Under the pieces are notes generated by a model. It worked only from the letters and a program-made list of their open reading frames with translations. It searched no databases and was not told the origin of the DNA. A program made the position numbers and the translations under genes. Shown piece by piece: positions 35,207-44,726 of a stretch of DNA of 45,564 nucleotides (positions are counted from its first letter, which is position 1; each line of letters opens with the position of its first letter). This DNA is from a candidate division WOR-3 bacterium (GTDB taxonomy: Bacteria; SDB-A), in assembly GCA_016934535.1 (NCBI GenBank), contig JAFGSQ010000008.1:1-45564 (forward strand), written 5' to 3'.

Positions 35207-37101
35207 CTTTTCACCGATTTGTACACTTTTATCTGACCGCAATCCTCCGATTCAAAAATACCCATCCTTTCAATTTTAGAATTGAAAGAAAGCATTTCAA
35301 ATGTTCTCGACGATATGCCCAAAATCATCGGAGGCATTATCGATTGAATATATTTAGCTATGTCCACGGCTTCCCCCGTTACCTCGTACAAAAACTTTTT
35401 TTTACCCATGACACCGCACGTAACGTTTCCAGTGTGTATACCCGCCCTTATCATCCATTTGAAATTTCTTTTTTTGTTTCTTTCACACAAATAATCAAGG
35501 CACTCGTTTGATGCTGAAACCATGCCTTCAGGTGTTTTTTTATCAAACAGACCGGAAACAGCAAGATAGGCGTCGCCTATTGTCATTATTCTTTCGCACT
35601 CCCATTTTTCAAAAATTTCATCAAAAGACGAAAAAATTTCATTCAGCTCTCCTATCAAACTTTCCGGGTTTATGCCGCGCGCATTCGACGTAAAATCAGC
35701 TATGTCGGAATAAAAAACGGTGACGTTCCTGAAGTTTTCAAAACCTGTAGGCTTTCCCTGCTTCAGGCGTTCTCTAACTTTTTCCGGGAAAATCGCCTTC
35801 AGAACCGAATCCGTCTTTATCTTTTCCTCTGTAAGTTCGGCAAGGGTTTCATTAAGTTCATCGTTTTTCAATCTAAAGAACTCTGCCCTGGTTTGAATGT
35901 TTATTTCGTCTCTTTTCTTTTTTTCAATTTCAAATCGTGTCTCCAGCTCAGAAATCTTCCCGGACAGATCTTCGCTGAAAATCAGATCGTTCAAATTGTC
36001 TGCTTTGTGTAAATATTCGAGCGCTGTTATAAAATCATTTTGCCGTGCGAATAGATACGCATGTTTGAAGAGAGATTCCGCTTCGAGGTTTAAAGCGCCT
36101 ATTTCACGAGAAATTGAACAGGATTTCTCCAGACATTCACGGGCTCTGCCGTAATCTTTTATGAATGTATAGACGTCTGCTATATTGTTCAAATTGTTGG
36201 CTGTTGATTTCTTGTCATATAAAATCTCGTTTATGCGCAGTGATCCGTTAAAATACTCAAGAGCTTTGGTGTGATTTTTCTTTCTGAGATAAACCAATCC
36301 GATATTGTTCAGTATATTAGCGCAGAACTCTTTGTTTTTTACATCTTCGGCGAATTTCAGCGCTTTCATGTAGTATTTAAGAGCCAAGTCTTCCTGATCA
36401 TTGTCCTTCAGTATATTTGCTACGTTTGAAATTGCGCCGGCCAAACCTTTTTTATTTCTCGTTTTAAAATACATTGACAAACTTTTTTTGTAGTATTCGA
36501 GCGCTTTTCCATTGTCGTAAATGCTTTCATAAACCGATCCGATGTTTCCGAGAGTGTCTGCCATTTTGTCAAGCGGCACCCCTTCATTCTCTTCAATTTC
36601 AAGACATTCAAAATATGATTCGAGAGCTTTATCCTTTTCCTGTAGTGCTTCCAATACGAGACCTCTGTTGCTAAGAGCCGGCGCCAACACTTCGTTTGCG
36701 CCTATCTCCCTCGATATTTCTATGGCTTTTTCGAGATTAAACATGGCCCCTTTAAAATTACCCAGATAATAGTGATTAAGCCCTATGCTGTTTAAAGACG
36801 TACAAACGAGTTTATTATCCTGAATTTTTTCCTGAATAGACAAAGCTTTTTCAAAAAGTGTCAAAGATTCCTTTAAATGACCGCCTATTACCTTGATTTT
36901 CCCTTTTTTATTGTACGCCCTCGATAAATTTAACTGATCATTTGTTTTTTCAGCCAACTTGATGGCTTCGTCGGCATATTCTGTCGAAATCTCACTATTT
37001 CGATTCAAATACATTTCGGCAAGTTTAAATAGTAGGAGAATTTTGTCTTTTTCGCTTTTTGTTTTTTTGAGTTTTTTTTTGAGTTCTTCTGTTTCGTCCA
37101 T
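35203..37101 (-). CDS. TPR-coiled coil-class III nucleotidyl cyclase, C1-like half-enzyme (both metal Asp kept; K/D/N/R lost)
   Basis: TPR array and coiled coil, then VTVFYSDIADFT, ERIMTIGDAYL, GIHTGNVTCGVMG and YEVTGEAVDIAKY. Confidence 0.9.
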   Translation of the reverse strand: MDETEELKKKLKKTKSEKDKILLLFKLAEMYLNRNSEISTEYADEAIKLAEKTNDQLNLSRAYNKKGKIKVIGGHLKESLTLFEKALSIQEKIQDNKLVCTSLNSIGLNHYYLGNFKGAMFNLEKAIEISREIGANEVLAPALSNRGLVLEALQEKDKALESYFECLEIEENEGVPLDKMADTLGNIGSVYESIYDNGKALEYYKKSLSMYFKTRNKKGLAGAISNVANILKDNDQEDLALKYYMKALKFAEDVKNKEFCANILNNIGLVYLRKKNHTKALEYFNGSLRINEILYDKKSTANNLNNIADVYTFIKDYGRARECLEKSCSISREIGALNLEAESLFKHAYLFARQNDFITALEYLHKADNLNDLIFSEDLSGKISELETRFEIEKKKRDEINIQTRAEFFRLKNDELNETLAELTEEKIKTDSVLKAIFPEKVRERLKQGKPTGFENFRNVTVFYSDIADFTSNARGINPESLIGELNEIFSSFDEIFEKWECERIMTIGDAYLAVSGLFDKKTPEGMVSASNECLDYLCERNKKRNFKWMIRAGIHTGNVTCGVMGKKKFLYEVTGEAVDIAKYIQSIMPPMILGISSRTFEMLSFNSKIERMGIFESEDCGQIKVYKSVKR

Positions 37102-37177
37102 TATCTAATAATATCACGATAAAACAATAAAAACGTAGACTCTTTATGAGATGGTATCCTACAAATTTTTTATAAAT

Positions 37178-37208
37178 AAAAAAGGCGGCTCATTTGGCCG
37201 CCTTTTTT
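37178..37208. terminator. Bidirectional intrinsic terminator
   Basis: AAAAAAGGCGGC-tcatttg-GCCGCCTTTTTT, 20 nt past the VIT-vWA stop codon. Confidence 0.88.
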
Positions 37209-37228
37209 CCGGTTCTGATAAAAGGTTA

Positions 37229-39343
37229 TCAGCGCGTCAATTCGTACCAGGTGTCGCCCACCTTGAATATCACATCGCCCAAAGCCATGAAGTCCCCTGC
37301 TTCGGGATTGTCAGCGAGCAATTTAAAGAATTCAGCGCTTCCGAAAGTTATTTTTTCAGTTGTCTGGTTTTCGTATCCGTTTTGTTTCCAGACGCTTCCT
37401 TCTTTGACAAAGCTTGTGCCGTTTATGTAGTTTATGACAGGATTGTGCGAAACCTCCTGGACGTTTCCTCTGGCCATTCTGTCAATTGTGCTCGAAACAT
37501 CTACCGCGAACCCGCCGGAGGCTTCTTTTTCGCCCATTGCCGGAGCGAGAGCGCCGTCCATCATCAGCATCTCGGACGACATCGTCCTTATGTCGTCAAA
37601 TTCAGTCCCGGCAAGCATTTCCTCGTTTTCCGTGACAAGGTATGAAGTGTACGGAGTGACAATTCCGAACTCGAGGGCGAGGGCTTTTATGTCGTTGACG
37701 AGTTCGGGATTTTCACCGTTCAGTCTTATGTCCCTGAGAAGAGTGCCGACCTGTCTCATTGCCCAGTATCTTCCTATGAAATCCAATTCCCTGTCGTATT
37801 CAGTGAAATCGGCCGTGAAGGTGAATTCCTGTTTGGAACCGCCTCTGAGACCGGTCAGATAGACCCTGGAACTGCCGCCGTTTCTGTACCTGCCTGTTAT
37901 TACCAGCTGTTGGCCTTCAAAAATATCAGGCAAAGACCTCGGCACAACATCATACACGTTGGCTGTCCCGAAGTTGACTGCAATGTCTGTCAGAACGGGA
38001 TGTGAAATCTTGTCGTAAAAAGAGCTAATCACCACTTCGAGAGTATCACCGTCCTTTACATATTCGACGAGCCCTCTTCCCGCTTCCGACATCGCATCGA
38101 GCAGTATGGCGTTTATCTCGTCTTTTCCAATACCAAATACGAACATTTTTGCTTCGTCGAAATCTTCCACCATGTCGACGATTTTACCTGGATCCATTTC
38201 ACCTACGGTCGGATAACCGTCTGTGAGAAAGACTATGAAAGAAGGTCTCGTTGCCGAATAATTCTGATCAAACGCGAGGTCGAGGGCGTCTCCTATGTTT
38301 GTGCCCCCTCTGGCGACTATGTCTTCTATAAAATCTTCCGCGTCGCTGATGTTGACTCTCGAAGCCCTCGACAGGTCGTCAAACAGAGTTTCCGTGCTCG
38401 AAGAAAAAGTTACAATGTTGAATCTGTCTTCGGGATTGAGGTTGTCTACGCAGTAATTCAGGGCATCTATTACCATCTCCATTCTTTCGCCCCTCATCGA
38501 GCCGGATCGGTCAACTACGAAGACTATGTCTTTGGGAGTAGATTCGACTTCACCGCTTCCGACGGAGCCCAAAAGAATGAAATATCCGTCGTCGCCCCTT
38601 TTAGGCTTGTATGTGATGACTGAAAGATCCACTTCATCTTCGTTGAGTGAGTAATACAGTATAAAATCTTTGTCGGGTTTTACGTTTCTTTCTTCCCAAG
38701 TTATCTCGGCGTGCCTTGAATCAATGTATCTCACTTCAATTACGTGAGATGGCGAGTATACGTTTTTGATGGGTTTGTCGGTTTTAAGGTCGATCCTGAT
38801 GACGGCGCTCTCGAGATCTTTCGACGAAAACCTTTCTGTGGAAAGAGGATATATAAATCTGTAAAGATTTTTATCTTTTCTGACGAGTTGTTGATAATCG
38901 AGTTCAACCTGTCTGTTTCCTTTAGCCGGAAACGGGAAAATCCTGGCCTCAAACATGTCCTGACCTGCGTATCTTAAAATGGCGGGATCAATCATCCTCG
39001 AAACTATTTCCTGATAAATTTCCAGCGCTTCATCTGCGTCTTTGATCTCACCGTGCACTTTTTCGCCCTCTATCCACAGTACAAAATCCGATATGGCGGC
39101 CTCTTCAGGTATGGGGAAAATGTATCTTCCTTCCACCTGGTGATTGTTCGGATTGTAAAATTCCTGGTCTATGTGGACCTGGGCGAACTGATGGGTCAAT
39201 TCAATGTCTACGTGGTGGTATTTGACTTCCACCTGTACAGGATTCGGCAAAAAAGGTGTCGGAGGGACGATTATAAATCCGTCAGCCGACACGCCCGACG
39301 CAAAAGCGGCGAGCACGATCGAAATCAGCGTGAATTTTTTCAT
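37229..39343 (-). CDS. Secreted VIT + vWA domain protein (inter-alpha-trypsin inhibitor heavy chain-like)
   Basis: Signal peptide, VIT domain (QEFYNP..EGRYIFPIP), MIDAS DRSGS, GGTNI, FLTDGYPT and GIVTPYTSYLV. Confidence 0.9.
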   Translation of the reverse strand: MKKFTLISIVLAAFASGVSADGFIIVPPTPFLPNPVQVEVKYHHVDIELTHQFAQVHIDQEFYNPNNHQVEGRYIFPIPEEAAISDFVLWIEGEKVHGEIKDADEALEIYQEIVSRMIDPAILRYAGQDMFEARIFPFPAKGNRQVELDYQQLVRKDKNLYRFIYPLSTERFSSKDLESAVIRIDLKTDKPIKNVYSPSHVIEVRYIDSRHAEITWEERNVKPDKDFILYYSLNEDEVDLSVITYKPKRGDDGYFILLGSVGSGEVESTPKDIVFVVDRSGSMRGERMEMVIDALNYCVDNLNPEDRFNIVTFSSSTETLFDDLSRASRVNISDAEDFIEDIVARGGTNIGDALDLAFDQNYSATRPSFIVFLTDGYPTVGEMDPGKIVDMVEDFDEAKMFVFGIGKDEINAILLDAMSEAGRGLVEYVKDGDTLEVVISSFYDKISHPVLTDIAVNFGTANVYDVVPRSLPDIFEGQQLVITGRYRNGGSSRVYLTGLRGGSKQEFTFTADFTEYDRELDFIGRYWAMRQVGTLLRDIRLNGENPELVNDIKALALEFGIVTPYTSYLVTENEEMLAGTEFDDIRTMSSEMLMMDGALAPAMGEKEASGGFAVDVSSTIDRMARGNVQEVSHNPVINYINGTSFVKEGSVWKQNGYENQTTEKITFGSAEFFKLLADNPEAGDFMALGDVIFKVGDTWYELTR

Positions 39344-39352
39344 CTTTCCCCC

Positions 39353-40477
39353 TCAATAGGTCACACCGATTATTTCGGCTTGCTCTTTAAGGGTTTCTAC
39401 GACGAAAATGTCGAAAGCATCTCTTTCTTCTCCGGTGTTATCCCTGATGTACTGGTCCCTCATTCTTGTAAGTTCCGCCATTTTGCCTGTGATGACTTCT
39501 CTTTCCGATCTCAGGCTGTCTATGTATGCCGTTCTCTCGTCATCAGTCATGTCTTTGAAAATTTCGGGCATTTCGTCGTCTTCCACGTCTTTCAGTTCTA
39601 TTTTACCTTCAATGATCTCGCTTACCAGGTCTCTCGAAACAAATCCGTATCCTGCGGCTGATTTAGCATAAGCGTACGTAGCTCTGTCTGCGGCCGTCGA
39701 AGGAGCTTCGGCGGCTAATTCACCGCTCGCTCCCATGGTCGCATCCGCCATAATCACTTCTTCTTCGCTTCCGTAAAGAAGTACTGTTCCGTAGAGTTCT
39801 CTGCTCAGAGAAGCGATTTCTTCGTCGTACGGAGTCGCTACTACCTGTGAAGCTTCGTATCCTATTGAAGTGTAAGTCCCTTCGGCGAGATGGGCAATTT
39901 CCATCCAAACTTCCTGCGTGCTGTTGTCCGTGCCGCATCTGACAGTGTTTATTATTATTTCTTTCTTCAGCGCGTCCCTGCACACGGTTATATAGTCGTT
40001 CTGATCGTTGTAATCCATGTGAGGAGGAGCGTCGCCTACGAGAAAGACGAGTTTTAAGACGTTTTCGGAATCAGTCCATGACATGCTGTCGACGGCCCAG
40101 GTGAGAGCCTGGTTGACGTCTTCCTGAAAATCTCCGCCTCCGTCGGCCGTGACTGATGTCAAATCGACGTATATTTGGTCTATGTCGTCAGTTATGTCGT
40201 ATTTTTTTACGACGAATACATCCCCTCTGTCTCTGTATATGACCAGTCCAATTCTGACATCGGGAACTGGATCTCCGGTGAGGATTTCGTTGGCAATGGA
40301 CCATATTTTCATTTTCGCGCCTTCGATCAACCCCGACATGCTTCCCGTGGCGTCGAGGACGAAAACGACTTCGATTGTAGGGTTATCCACTCTGACGGTT
40401 CTGTGTCCGGCTAATTCGGGATTTTTACACGACATTACCGCGAGTAACAGGATTGTTGCGGCGATCAGTCTTTTCAC
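39353..40477 (-). CDS. vWA-domain lipoprotein
   Basis: GTG start at 40477 after AAAGGAGG. Lipobox VMSC, MIDAS-like DATGSM, YRDRGD, GGGDFQEDV and GDAPPH. Confidence 0.87.
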   Translation of the reverse strand: MKRLIAATILLLAVMSCKNPELAGHRTVRVDNPTIEVVFVLDATGSMSGLIEGAKMKIWSIANEILTGDPVPDVRIGLVIYRDRGDVFVVKKYDITDDIDQIYVDLTSVTADGGGDFQEDVNQALTWAVDSMSWTDSENVLKLVFLVGDAPPHMDYNDQNDYITVCRDALKKEIIINTVRCGTDNSTQEVWMEIAHLAEGTYTSIGYEASQVVATPYDEEIASLSRELYGTVLLYGSEEEVIMADATMGASGELAAEAPSTAADRATYAYAKSAAGYGFVSRDLVSEIIEGKIELKDVEDDEMPEIFKDMTDDERTAYIDSLRSEREVITGKMAELTRMRDQYIRDNTGEERDAFDIFVVETLKEQAEIIGVTY

Positions 40478-40746
40478 TTTTCCTCCTTTTTCATTCTTTT
40501 TTTCTTTCGTCTCATGTTCCATTTTTGCATAGTACTACTTTGAAAGTAACATTATTATTTCAAAAATTTTGGATATTCCATTAACTCGTTTTGTTTGAAC
40601 TGCGATTGCCGGTATAAATTAAATCTTAAATAAGTAGAACTCTTCCCGTTATTGTATTAAAATGAAATCCAGGAAGAGTTGCCCGAACATATCAAGCACC
40701 GGAGAGAACTATTTTAAAGTTCGAAATCGCTCTCGAGCCGAATCTT

Positions 40747-41517
40747 TTGTATGAAGAGTTTTTAGCCGTCGACAGAGCCTGTTTTCCAAACGAACCTTTG
40801 ACAAACCGGGAAACTTTCAAGGAATGTCTCAAAGACAAATTTTGGACCGTGAGATTCAGCGGAAAGCTGGTCGCCTATTCTCACGTCAGTTTCAAAGACA
40901 CCGCCCACATACACAGGATCGCCGTGCTCGATCAGTTCAGGCGTAAAGGAATCGCGGGCAGGCTTATTGAGATAGCCGTCGACATGTGCAAAAAGTATTC
41001 ATTAGATACAGTCACCCTCGCAGTTCAGAAAGACAACGAAGACGCGATAAAACTTTACAAGAGTTATGACTTCGAAGAAATTGGCGACCTGTACCAGTTC
41101 ATAGCTCCTATTCACCGCAGATCAGCCGGATCGGCTGGTAAAATCAGATGTCAAACGAGAGCTCTTTCAATAGGAGACCTCAACGAAACGCTCAGGTCTA
41201 TTCTGCCTTCTGAATGGGATTACATTGTAGAACAGCACGCTCCTCCCCACAAATTCGCTCTGCTGTTCGTCGAAGGAGAATCTACTGTCAAAGGAATCTG
41301 CAGACTCGTCGCCGACATGCCTGGTTGCAAGCCCTTCATATTGCTCGAACCTCATCTTCATCTTCCAGCTGTCGTAGACTCGATAGGCGCATTTTTAAAA
41401 CCCGCTCAGGACCAGCTTCTGCTCACTTTTCCTGACGAAGGTTTGGCAAGAGCCTGCCAGAAAGCCGGCTTCAAGCTTCAGTACGAACTCGTGAGAATGG
41501 AAAAAGATATACAATAA
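40747..41517 (+). CDS. GNAT (RimI-like) acetyltransferase with C-terminal extension; start uncertain
   Basis: Motifs IHRIAV, FRRKGIAGRL and LAVQKDNEDAIKLYKSYDF. The frame stays open upstream to 40666. Confidence 0.8.
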   Translation: MYEEFLAVDRACFPNEPLTNRETFKECLKDKFWTVRFSGKLVAYSHVSFKDTAHIHRIAVLDQFRRKGIAGRLIEIAVDMCKKYSLDTVTLAVQKDNEDAIKLYKSYDFEEIGDLYQFIAPIHRRSAGSAGKIRCQTRALSIGDLNETLRSILPSEWDYIVEQHAPPHKFALLFVEGESTVKGICRLVADMPGCKPFILLEPHLHLPAVVDSIGAFLKPAQDQLLLTFPDEGLARACQKAGFKLQYELVRMEKDIQ

Positions 41518-41570
41518 AAGACTACAGTGATTCTGTTTCATCCGTACCACACTTATCAGAACTGCCATTG

Positions 41571-41884
41571 GATCCCTACGAAACTATAAACAAACATTAC
41601 GAAGCAATTGACGAACTCCAAAACATCAAGAAGGAAAAGACGAATTATATCGAGGGAAACATAACAATATATATAATGCTACTGTATAACCAGTTGAACG
41701 ATGCATCGTAAACGCAGATCGGGCTAAAGAAAGATGGTGAATGTTGTTTGAACAGCTCAAAGTCAAATACGACGACGGATACATCAACGCTGAACATAAA
41801 ATGTTTCAGGAGGTCGGCTACCCCGAATGGCGGCTGGATTCTGTCGGTTGGAAAAACAAACCGACGCGTTACAAATGTCATTAG
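41571..41884 (+). pseudogene. Probable gene remnants (two unrelated coding fragments)
   Basis: Startless protein-like stretches DPYETINKHYEAIDELQNIKKEKTNYIEGNI and ERW*MLFEQLKVKYDDGYIN..EVGYPEWRLDSVGW, the second with an internal stop. Confidence 0.4.
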
Positions 41885-42090
41885 ACTACTCCGGGATGAA
41901 ACAGCTGATTGATACGGATGTCAAAAAGTATTGTCTCGTAAGGAGTTTTAATTACAGTACTGAATCCCCAGCCGGCTTTCAATTCCGGATCATATAAATA
42001 ATTGTCATAGACAGAAATAATCATGATTCCTTCATCAGATCCGATCTGCATGTTCTGTAAATTCAGAATTATACTCTGCAGTCCGTCCAT
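41881..42090 (-). pseudogene. Truncated MBL-fold metallo-hydrolase (N-terminal fragment)
   Basis: ISVYDN..LKAGWGFSTVI..ILFD, then divergence and a stop before the HxHxDH motif. Confidence 0.7.
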
Positions 42091-42144
42091 TCCCCCAAGG
42101 AATAGATAAAAAATGAAGAACAGAATTGTATCTCCTCTCGATTA

Positions 42145-42381
42145 TTATCTTAAATTTTCGTCTGTACTGCCGTCCGGAAGCATCGAGTCAGGGTGGTATT
42201 CTCCCTTTTCTTCCATGCGAAAACGGACGCAGTTCCGCCAGTTCCCTTTGCAATACGATTTTATCCACTTGGCTTCAAGTTTTCCTTTTTCGAAAAATCT
42301 CTTCATTGGACACACATTATACCATCTGCAAGGGTCGTCCTTTGAATTTTGATCCCGTTTGATATCATCCTTTTTTTTCAT
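42145..42381 (-). CDS. Small four-Cys protein (possible metal binding)
   Basis: CRWYNVCP...YCKGNWRNCVR...HPDSMLPDG. Confidence 0.75.
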   Translation of the reverse strand: MKKKDDIKRDQNSKDDPCRWYNVCPMKRFFEKGKLEAKWIKSYCKGNWRNCVRFRMEEKGEYHPDSMLPDGSTDENLR

Positions 42382-42559
42382 TTCAATCTGTACGCGATTT
42401 TACAAACAATTTCTTGTCTTATCCACGGAATTTCTCGTTTGTAAAAAACATGATTTAAAAAAACGGCTTCAAAAACGTTGTTTATAAGCATATATTGGCA
42501 ACAGAGAATTTACTGCTGGTCCCCGTTTGTATTTTTCTGTTTAATTCGAACGTGACATT

Positions 42560-42865
42560 TCATTTCAGCAACTGCATCGGCTTCAGACTCACAGGAAACG
42601 ACAGATACAACACCAGGATCGCAGCGATTAAGACGGCCATTACCATTCCCGATTTTCCTGCCTGTGATCTCCTGCCCGCGAATCCGAAAATAAGGGACAG
42701 AAGCTGAAAAGCCCAGACGATGTAAGCTCCGTTGCTCCACAAGAAGTCTTTTAGGCTTACTGCGTATCTCATGACGATAAAAGGAAGCAATAATCCTGTT
42801 ATGGATATAAATATTGACAACCAGCCTATTAAGTCACTGTTCCTTGTTTTCACTTTTACCTCCAT
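42560..42865 (-). CDS. Small membrane protein (3 TM)
   Basis: Three hydrophobic segments in a 101-aa ORF. Confidence 0.65.
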   Translation of the reverse strand: MEVKVKTRNSDLIGWLSIFISITGLLLPFIVMRYAVSLKDFLWSNGAYIVWAFQLLSLIFGFAGRRSQAGKSGMVMAVLIAAILVLYLSFPVSLKPMQLLK

Positions 42866-43075
42866 CTAAAAAATATTAAATGATGATTTTTCCAAAATGC
42901 CAGACATATATTTTTATAATTATTCCACAGAATTATAACAACGAATTATTATGCCTGTCTCAAGACTGATAAAACAATTTACAGCACTGGTTTTTGTTGT
43001 ATAATAATTAATAATGGAAAAAAATTTCTCTATCTTTCATATTCCCTCAAAATAATTAAAAAGAAAGGATCCCTA

Positions 43076-43588
43076 ATGAAACAGGTTATCGCAGGATTTT
43101 TGATTATAATCTCACTTACGGGTGTTTTGACTTCCCAAGTCACAAAACCTTTTTCGAAAAACGCGGTTTATTGCGAAATGTTCGGTCCCGGAATCATATA
43201 TTCATTGAATTATGAATTCAGACCTATTCGTCAGTTTTCCCTGAGGGCCGGATATTCTTCCTGGAGTATGTCAACTTTCTTTCTTTTCGTAGACGGATGG
43301 TTTAAATTCCAGGCTTTTCCAATCACAGCGAGCTATCTGACCGGCCAGGGAAGCCACAGTTTCGAAGTTGGAGGAGGAGTTGTACCCATGCATATCGAAA
43401 TCGAGGGCACCGACTTTTTCTTCGGCGAAGAGATCGACGCGTCAAAAACTATATTTTTAGGAACCGGAATTTTTGGTTATCGTTATCAGCCTTATAAAGG
43501 TGCTTTTTTGAAAGCCGCAGTTACACCCTTATTCAATTCCAACAATCTTCTTTTTTACTGTGGAGTGAGCATAGGTTACAGTTTTTGA
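43076..43588 (+). CDS. Small outer-membrane beta-barrel protein
   Basis: Signal peptide, YSLNYE, GYRYQP and C-terminal GVSIGYSF. Confidence 0.75.
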   Translation: MKQVIAGFLIIISLTGVLTSQVTKPFSKNAVYCEMFGPGIIYSLNYEFRPIRQFSLRAGYSSWSMSTFFLFVDGWFKFQAFPITASYLTGQGSHSFEVGGGVVPMHIEIEGTDFFFGEEIDASKTIFLGTGIFGYRYQPYKGAFLKAAVTPLFNSNNLLFYCGVSIGYSF

Positions 43589-43649
43589 AACACAAATAGT
43601 CAAAAATTATTTATTAGCCACACAGAACTTTAAATCTACAAAAATACTA

Positions 43650-44696
43650 TCAGTGATTGGTTTTGGAAATAGTCTCAAGCTCATATTCTCTTTTTCCAAG
43701 TCCTATTCCCTCTGCGTATTTGAGAACATGCCTTCCTCTGCGGAACACCTTTCTTCCCTTTCTCTTGTCCAAAAGGTCGAGACAAGCCTGATCGATTGCA
43801 ACAGGATCCGTCGACGCTAAAACCCCCAAGTTGTCGATAAATATTTTTTGAGATTTACCGACACAGTCGCAAAGTTTTGTCATATTGACTGCGTAATTGA
43901 TATATATCATTTTTTTACCGAGCTGGGCGGCAAAAGCGTATTCGGCAAGATTTTCCGCGAATTTTCTGCCCATTGAACCGAACCAGTTTATTTTCATTGC
44001 GCCCGTGGGGCAGACAGCTATGCAAGACGCACAGCCCACGCATTTTTTTCTCATAACCCTCGGATAAGCACCCATAACTATTGCGTCTGCAAGACAATTC
44101 TCGGCGCAGATTCCGCATTTTCTGCACTCGAAAAAGTTGAGCCAGGGAACGGAGCCCGAATGTTGGGCGAGTTTACCTTCCCGGGACGCAAATCCCATGC
44201 CCAGGTTTTTTAAGGCTCCTCCAAACCCTGCCAAGAGATGTCCCTTAAAATGACTCATGACTATAAATTGGTCAAACTTTGAAAATTCTTTTCCTATTTT
44301 ACATACACTGAATCTTTTTTTATCTATTTGTATTTCTGAAGAATATTTCCCCGAATCGCCGTCGGCGATAACAACGGGTATTTGATTGAATCCGTGATCC
44401 AGGGCGACTTTTATGTGGCTTGCCTTCGTCGTTCTTTCTCCTCTGTACAGGACGTTTGTCTCTATGTAGCAGGTTTCGACTCCTTGTGACTTTAAAAAAT
44501 CTATAATTCCATCGTAGTATCCGGGCTTGTTGTAAGTGACGTTTCCCTTTTCACCGAAATGAACTTTTATGGGCACTGTTTTTTCAAAACTTATTTTTTC
44601 TTCGGTTATCAGCTTCTCAAATAAAATTGAGGAATAAACGGATATCGTCTCATCTGAAGCGCCTTTTTCAATATGACTAAAATAAACTTTTGACAT
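43650..44696 (-). CDS. DUF362-family Fe-S protein with 2x[4Fe-4S] ferredoxin insert
   Basis: Motifs IKVHFGEKGN, NVLYRGER, SHFKGH..GFGGALKNLGMG, CRKCGICAENC, CVGCASCIAVCP, CDC and ASTDPVAIDQAC. Confidence 0.9.
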   Translation of the reverse strand: MSKVYFSHIEKGASDETISVYSSILFEKLITEEKISFEKTVPIKVHFGEKGNVTYNKPGYYDGIIDFLKSQGVETCYIETNVLYRGERTTKASHIKVALDHGFNQIPVVIADGDSGKYSSEIQIDKKRFSVCKIGKEFSKFDQFIVMSHFKGHLLAGFGGALKNLGMGFASREGKLAQHSGSVPWLNFFECRKCGICAENCLADAIVMGAYPRVMRKKCVGCASCIAVCPTGAMKINWFGSMGRKFAENLAEYAFAAQLGKKMIYINYAVNMTKLCDCVGKSQKIFIDNLGVLASTDPVAIDQACLDLLDKRKGRKVFRRGRHVLKYAEGIGLGKREYELETISKTNH

Positions 44697-44726
44697 TATT
44701 TTCTGAATTTATGTTTTCGCTTTTTA

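Noticed and set aside
33199-35242. Single TPR-cyclase gene broken by a frameshift
   Set aside because: The cyclase part lies upstream of the TPR part on the transcript, the reverse of the domain order in the paralog. Each part has its own start and stop.
33199-37101. Pycsar/CBASS-like anti-phage system
   Set aside because: The K/D residues point to ATP specificity, there is no cyclic-nucleotide-binding TM or TIR effector or nuclease next to it, and the context is not a defence island. It is not strictly excluded.
40638-40680. 9-bp inverted repeat AACTCTTCC...GGAAGAGTT
   Set aside because: It is a single occurrence with a 25-nt AT-rich spacer, no U-tract and no transposase. That is too little to call a terminator, operator or MITE.
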